Positions 45,682-50,152 of a DNA stretch of 50,152 bases are shown piece after piece; the first letter of the stretch is position 1; every line of letters starts with the position of its first letter. This DNA is from Anaerolineae bacterium. GTDB lineage: Bacteria; Chloroflexota; Anaerolineae; Aggregatilineales; Phototrophicaceae. The DNA lies in contig DAOUGG010000042.1 of the NCBI GenBank assembly GCA_034408915.1, forward strand, positions 1-50,152, read 5' to 3'. The notes below the pieces were generated by a model. The model was not told where the DNA came from. It saw only the letters and a list, made by a program, of their open reading frames with translations, and did no database searches. The position numbers and the translations under genes are program-made.

Positions 45682-46653
45682 ATGGCTGATACCCCTGCCT
45701 CGCAGACCTCTGTGTTTCTTACCGGCGCATCCGGCGGCCTTGGCCGGGAAGTAGCACGTCGCTTGATTGCAGCGGGTTATGCCGTAACCGGCGCGGTAGA
45801 TGGGCTGGCGTCGGCACAGTTGTTCCGTCAGGTCGGCGGCCTTCCGGCCTATCCCGATAATCTGCGCGCCGGGGAGATCCGCAGCGCGATCCAGGCCGCC
45901 CAGGCGACCGAAGTCGTTCATCTCACGCCGCAGCTTGCGAACCACATCCCGCATATTGACCCGCAGTGGGACAAGTTTCTGCCGCTGATCGAGGACAGCA
46001 CGCGCGCGACCGTCGCGGCCGCCGAAGAAGCCGGCGTCAAGTTTCTGGTCATGGTCAGTTACGCCTTTGTCTACGGCAACACAGGCGATCAGCCGGCCAG
46101 CGAAGACACACCGCCAAACCACGAAAACGCGAACCATCCGGTTATCCGGGCGGCGCTGACCGCCGAGCAGGCCGTGCTCAATAGCAGCATTCCGGCCTGT
46201 GTGTTGCGCGCCGGTTACGTCTACGGGCCGCACGCCGCCGAAACGGTGGCAGTACGCGACCGCCTGATCGCCGGAGACTCGGTCGCGGCGGGCGATCCGG
46301 GCGTCCTTGCGAACTGGATCCATCAGGACGATCTGGCGCGCGCCATTTTGCTGGCCCTGCAGACGAAACCGGCGGGCAAGATCCTCAATATCGTCGACAA
46401 CCAGCCTGCCAGCGCGGTGGACTTCATCGGCTATCTGGCGGAGAGCATGCACCTGCCCGCGCCATCTGGCGGCCAGAGCTTGCTGGCGCGCATTCTGCCC
46501 GCGCGTGAGACGATCACCGTCGGCAACCTCTCGGTACGCGCCAGCAACCAGCGCGCCCGCGAGGTGCTGGGCTGGACGCCACAGTTTCCAACCTATCGCG
46601 AAGGTCTGGACAACACGCTGCTGGTACTGCGGGCTGAAGAGCCAGTCATCTGA
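45682..46653 (+). CDS. NAD-dependent epimerase/dehydratase family (extended SDR) protein
   Basis: N-terminal TGASGGLG Rossmann motif. Confidence 0.8.
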   Translation: MADTPASQTSVFLTGASGGLGREVARRLIAAGYAVTGAVDGLASAQLFRQVGGLPAYPDNLRAGEIRSAIQAAQATEVVHLTPQLANHIPHIDPQWDKFLPLIEDSTRATVAAAEEAGVKFLVMVSYAFVYGNTGDQPASEDTPPNHENANHPVIRAALTAEQAVLNSSIPACVLRAGYVYGPHAAETVAVRDRLIAGDSVAAGDPGVLANWIHQDDLARAILLALQTKPAGKILNIVDNQPASAVDFIGYLAESMHLPAPSGGQSLLARILPARETITVGNLSVRASNQRAREVLGWTPQFPTYREGLDNTLLVLRAEEPVI

Positions 46654-46764
46654 CGCAGCGCTCGGCCGCATTGCGTGATTACGGGCGAAGGTCCAGAGGG
46701 CCGTTCAGCCCGGTTGGCGCGCCATGCGCGCGGAGCGTCTATTGGGAAGTAAGTTGGGGTTGTA

Positions 46765-47520
46765 ATGTTAAAAGCGGTTGTATTTGATCTGGACGATACG
46801 CTGATCGACTGGAGCGGCGTCAATGATGACTGGGAACGGCGTCAGGCGCGGCAGCTTGAAGGCGTGATCGCGTTGATTCGCGAGCGCCACGCGCTGGAGG
46901 ACGCACAGGCCTATGTGGAAGCGTTTCGCAGCCGGTCGCGTCGCGCCTGGGAAATGGCCCGTGAAGACCTGCGCGCGCCGAACATGGCCCGCGATCTGGT
47001 GCAGGCCGCGCTTGCTCTGGGCGTGCCGGAGCACGTGCTCGACGAGCGGCTGTGCATGGAAGCGTATCGCTGGGGCACGGTTGAAGGTTGCGGCCCCTTC
47101 CCGGAAGTGATAGAGATGTTGCAGCACCTGCGCGATCAGGGGCTGAAGCTGGGACTGATCACCAACGCCTACCAGCCCATGTGGGCGCGGGACATCGAAC
47201 TGGAAGCCTATGGGCTGTTGCCGTTCTTCGAGGAATGCCGGTTTTCAGCCGCCGACGTCGGCTACCTGAAACCGCATCCGTCGATCTTCAAGGTCGCACT
47301 CGAGTGCCTCGGAACCGCGCCCGAAGAAACCGTGTTCGTCGGCGATGACATCGAGGCGGACATCGGCGGGGCCAAAGCGGCCGGGTTGTACGCGGTGCTG
47401 CGTACCTCGTACCGCCGCCCGCAAGTCCTGAACGGCGATATCCAACCAGATAGCATCATTCACAGCCTGCTGGAACTCCCCGAAGTCCTCGATAAAGCCT
47501 TTCCCGGTTGGTCCCGATGA
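46765..47520 (+). CDS. HAD-IA family hydrolase
   Basis: Motif I VVFDLDDTL. Motif III-IV at the C-terminus (GDDIEADI). Confidence 0.8.
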   Translation: MLKAVVFDLDDTLIDWSGVNDDWERRQARQLEGVIALIRERHALEDAQAYVEAFRSRSRRAWEMAREDLRAPNMARDLVQAALALGVPEHVLDERLCMEAYRWGTVEGCGPFPEVIEMLQHLRDQGLKLGLITNAYQPMWARDIELEAYGLLPFFEECRFSAADVGYLKPHPSIFKVALECLGTAPEETVFVGDDIEADIGGAKAAGLYAVLRTSYRRPQVLNGDIQPDSIIHSLLELPEVLDKAFPGWSR

Positions 47521-48065
47521 TCGAAGCCATTCCACCCTCTGACCGCAATCTGATCCTGACCGGCTATATCGGCCCCAATCAGGTCGTGGTCGCGCGTCGC
47601 ATCGCCCAGACGCTCGGTATGCCGTTTGTCAACTTCGAGACGCGTCTGGAAGAACGGGCCGATCTGCCGATCGACGAAATCCGTCTCCGCTTTGGACAGG
47701 CCCGGCTGAAAACGCTCGAAGCCGAAGTCGTTCAGGAACTGATGCTCTATCGCGGCGCGGTCATTCTGGTCAGCGGGCAGACGCTGCTGCACAGTGACTA
47801 CCTGCCGCGCCTGAGCGACACGGGCCAGGTCATTTGCCTCGTCGCCTCACTCGACGCCGTGTTACAGCGCGTGCATCTGGCTCTGGGTGCGCGCTACCAC
47901 AACCCGGCGGAACGAGCCATCGCCGTCGGCCATCTCAAGCGCGAGTGGGCGATCCGCAAAGCGCCCGGCGTCGAGGAATTCGACACAACCGGCATGACGG
48001 AAAACGAAATCGTGCAGGCGATTTGCGATCTGTGGCGCGAACAGGTGTTGTATATCCGCGAATAG
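47517..48065 (+). CDS. shikimate kinase-fold protein with degenerate P-loop (likely catalytically inactive AroK paralogue)
   Basis: Collinear with AroK. The Walker A GxxGxGKST is replaced by GYIGPNQVV, the DT/SD motif by NFE and GGG by SGQ. ATGA overlap with the upstream HAD gene. Confidence 0.65.
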   Translation: MIEAIPPSDRNLILTGYIGPNQVVVARRIAQTLGMPFVNFETRLEERADLPIDEIRLRFGQARLKTLEAEVVQELMLYRGAVILVSGQTLLHSDYLPRLSDTGQVICLVASLDAVLQRVHLALGARYHNPAERAIAVGHLKREWAIRKAPGVEEFDTTGMTENEIVQAICDLWREQVLYIRE

Positions 48066-48081
48066 CGCCGGAGAAGCGATT

Positions 48082-48864
48082 GTGGCCAAACTGAACATTT
48101 CCCTTGGGCAGATGCAAATTATTCTGGGCGAACCGCAGAAGAACTTCGCGCTGGTATCCGAGTGGACGGCTGAAGCGGCGCGACGCGGTTCGCACATCGT
48201 CGTCTTTCCCGAACTGTGGTCCACCGGCTATGCCCTGTCGCGCGGGCAGGAACTGGCAACCGCCATCAATGCCGGGTTGTTCGCAGAAATCAGCGCGCTG
48301 GCGGCGCAGCACAAAATCAGCATGGTCGGGTCGCTGCTGGAAAAGCGAGGCACGGGCGTCTTCAATAGCGCGCCTTTTATTTCCCCGGCAGGGCGAGTGC
48401 TGGGCGTCTATCGCAAAATTCACCTGTTCCGCCTGTTTGACGAAGATCGCTGGCTTGAACCCGGCGAGTCGACGCTGGCGCTGGACCTGCCCTGGGGACG
48501 GACGGCGTTCGCCATCTGCTATGACCTGCGCTTTCCCGAATTGTTCCGCCACTACGCGGTCGATGGCGCGCGGCTGATCATCATTCCCGCCGAATGGCCG
48601 CTGGCGCGCGTCGAGCACTGGCGCACGCTGTTGCAGGCGCGCGCGATTGAGAACCAGTGTTACATTGTCGCGGTCAATGCGGTCGGCGAAACCGGCGATA
48701 CAACCTTCGCCGGCCATTCCATGATTGTCGATCCATGGGGAAAGATCGTCATCGAAGCCGGCGAGCAGCCGCTGCTGCTGACGGCCGAGATCGAGATGGA
48801 CGCCGTGAGCGATATTCGCCAGCGCATCCCGGTCTTTGAAGATCGGCGGCCTGACCTGTACTGA
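48082..48864 (+). CDS. carbon-nitrogen hydrolase (nitrilase superfamily, Nit/omega-amidase-like)
   Basis: Catalytic triad context E (VVFPELW), K and C (AICYDLRFPE). GTG start with GGAGAAG SD. Confidence 0.85.
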   Translation: MAKLNISLGQMQIILGEPQKNFALVSEWTAEAARRGSHIVVFPELWSTGYALSRGQELATAINAGLFAEISALAAQHKISMVGSLLEKRGTGVFNSAPFISPAGRVLGVYRKIHLFRLFDEDRWLEPGESTLALDLPWGRTAFAICYDLRFPELFRHYAVDGARLIIIPAEWPLARVEHWRTLLQARAIENQCYIVAVNAVGETGDTTFAGHSMIVDPWGKIVIEAGEQPLLLTAEIEMDAVSDIRQRIPVFEDRRPDLY

Positions 48865-48896
48865 TTTGCCTGCCTCGCCCACCCTCAGGAGCCGTT

Positions 48897-49562
48897 ATGC
48901 CGCTTGAAGCTGTCATTTTCGATATGGACGGCGTGCTCGTCGCGTCGGAGGATTACTGGCTGGAAGCCCGTATCGAATGGGCCGGTAATCTGGGCAAATC
49001 TTGGACCGACGATGACCAGCGGGCCTGCATGGGCCGCAACACCATCGAATGGGCCGAGGTCATGCGGGAACGGCTGGAGCTTGGCGACATGCCGCTGGAC
49101 CGCATCATGACCGAAGTAACCGGGCTGGTGCTGAAGCGGCTGGATGCCCATCTGCCGGTCCTGCCCGGCGCAGTCGAGGCCGTCCACCGCGCGGCTTCAG
49201 CCTATCGGGTTGCATTGGCATCCGGTTCGCCGACGGCGGTTATCCGGCATGTGACGCAGGCAACCGGTCTGGATAAGGTTTTCGAAGTCATGGTATTCGG
49301 CGACGATATGGCGCGCGGCAAACCACACCCGGATATTTATCTGGAAGCCGCGCGACAACTGGGCGTCGCGCCGGAACATTGCGCCGGCATCGAGGATTCG
49401 GGCAACGGCGTGCGCGCGCTCCACGCCGCGGGCATGATCGTGATCGCCGCGCCCAGCCCCAATTTCCCGCTCGCGCCGGATGTGCTGGCGCTGGCAGACG
49501 TGCAGATCGCTTCACTGGACGAACTTACCCTCGACCTGCTGCAATCGCTGGGCCAGCGCTAG
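48897..49562 (+). CDS. HAD-IA family hydrolase (beta-phosphoglucomutase-like)
   Basis: Motif I VIFDMDGVL. Confidence 0.85.
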   Translation: MPLEAVIFDMDGVLVASEDYWLEARIEWAGNLGKSWTDDDQRACMGRNTIEWAEVMRERLELGDMPLDRIMTEVTGLVLKRLDAHLPVLPGAVEAVHRAASAYRVALASGSPTAVIRHVTQATGLDKVFEVMVFGDDMARGKPHPDIYLEAARQLGVAPEHCAGIEDSGNGVRALHAAGMIVIAAPSPNFPLAPDVLALADVQIASLDELTLDLLQSLGQR

Positions 49563-49586
49563 AGCGCCGACGCAAATGCGAAACAA

Positions 49587-49628
49587 ACACAGGCGCGCTC
49601 GGCAAAAGCAGCGCCTGTGTTCGTTTTA
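49587..49628. terminator. bidirectional rho-independent terminator between HAD (plus strand) and PspC-like (minus strand) genes
   Basis: 10-bp stem ACACAGGCGC/GCGCCTGTGT flanked by A-rich and T-rich runs. Confidence 0.65.
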
Positions 49629-49649
49629 CGCACACAATATGGCAGCCGG

Positions 49650-49871
49650 TTATTCGTGGGGCTCGTTCTTGGGTTTCTCGTAACCGACCGGCTCTTCAGG
49701 GATGATGACTGCCAGAATGATGTAGAGAAGCAGTCCGGGGCCGCCAGCCATCGCCAGTAGAACCGCCGCCAGACGCACGACAGTTGGGTCAATACCGAAG
49801 TATTCGCCAATGCCACCGCACACACCCGCGATCATCCGGTCCGTTCTCGAACGGTACAGTCGCTTTTGCAT
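49650..49871 (-). CDS. PspC domain-containing membrane protein
   Basis: MIAGVCGGIGEYFGIDPTVVRL PspC signature plus one TM. ATG at 49871. Confidence 0.75.
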   Translation of the reverse strand: MQKRLYRSRTDRMIAGVCGGIGEYFGIDPTVVRLAAVLLAMAGGPGLLLYIILAVIIPEEPVGYEKPKNEPHE

Positions 49872-50059
49872 GGTCTGCCTCCTTTTCGCCTTCCATATCC
49901 CGGTGTAAACGCACGCCGGTTCTTCATAATGGTATACGCAGACCGGCGCGCAGGGTTGCGCCATCGCGTGCTTTCATTCGTAACCGGAACTCAGCGATGG
50001 CGTAAACTTGGGTGATCGGAGGCGAACAAGACCGGCGACGGATGTGAGAAGGTCATAGA

Positions 50060-50083
50060 CCCCACGCCTAAAGGCGGGGGCTT
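50060..50083. repeat. 24-nt hairpin-forming element, copy 2 (reverse complement of 103-126)
   Basis: CCCCACGCCTAAAGGCGGGGGCTT. Confidence 0.5.
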
Positions 50084-50152
50084 GTCCCTGGCGCGACGCC
50101 CGCAGGCGTCTCCGAGACAATAGGCGGTATGACAGCCGCCCGTGCAATGTTT

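Noticed and set aside
49965-50152. Possible tRNA or other canonical ncRNA (RNase P, SRP, tmRNA) at the window end
   Set aside because: I see no GTTCGA T-loop, no acceptor/CCA architecture and none of the conserved RNase P, SRP or tmRNA blocks. I report it as a repeat or hairpin element instead.
1-50152. CRISPR arrays, integrases, transposases, prophage modules
   Set aside because: I saw no regularly spaced direct repeats and no recombinase or phage structural-gene signatures.

Overview
The window is a 50 kb, high-GC (about 65%) stretch of bacterial chromosome, gene-dense on both strands. I see no rRNA, tRNA, CRISPR array, integrase or transposase.

The gene content suggests a monoderm, Chloroflexota-like organism, though the lineage is a guess. 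The evidence is a sortase, LysM and M23 cell-wall proteins, lipoprotein-type signal peptides and a GAAC-N4-GTTC SOS box.

Housekeeping genes I recognise with confidence:
- thrS, a threonine--tRNA ligase with no N-terminal TGS domain
- radA
- dtd
- a type I mannose-6-phosphate isomerase
- an enoyl-CoA hydratase
- an SDR oxidoreductase

Envelope and signalling genes:
- two GT-C (ArnT/PMT-like) glycosyltransferases flanking a secreted M28 peptidase
- an NfeD-flotillin operon
- a sortase operon
- a TlpA-like thiol-disulfide oxidoreductase
- a TolB-like beta-propeller protein
- a His-rich TIGR03943 protein paired with a permease
- a 1455-aa receptor-type Ser/Thr kinase with atypical catalytic motifs
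- a 1346-aa orphan hybrid histidine kinase with an internal receiver domain
- a Crp/Fnr regulator
- an FHA-domain membrane protein

The parts I would look at first:
- A four-gene translationally coupled minus-strand operon (Tam-like carboxyl methyltransferase, GNAT, VOC::GNAT fusion, 116-aa unknown) next to a CGNR zinc-finger regulator. I read it as a possible small-molecule modification or detoxification module.
- A HAD / pseudo-shikimate-kinase / nitrilase-superfamily / HAD operon. The AroK-like protein keeps the fold but has lost the Walker A P-loop.
- Two more apparent pseudoenzymes: an MTAP/PNP-family protein ATGA-coupled to manA, and a truncated 5'-nucleotidase-like metallophosphoesterase with its metal ligands replaced.
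- A perfect Gram-positive-type LexA (Cheo) box 18 nt upstream of radA.
- A 24-nt hairpin element present in inverted copies at the two window edges.

Several rho-independent terminators, some apparently bidirectional, and sigma70 or extended -10 promoters are visible in the AT-richer intergenic islands.

All functional calls rest on motifs and domain architectures I recognise by eye. I ran no database searches.
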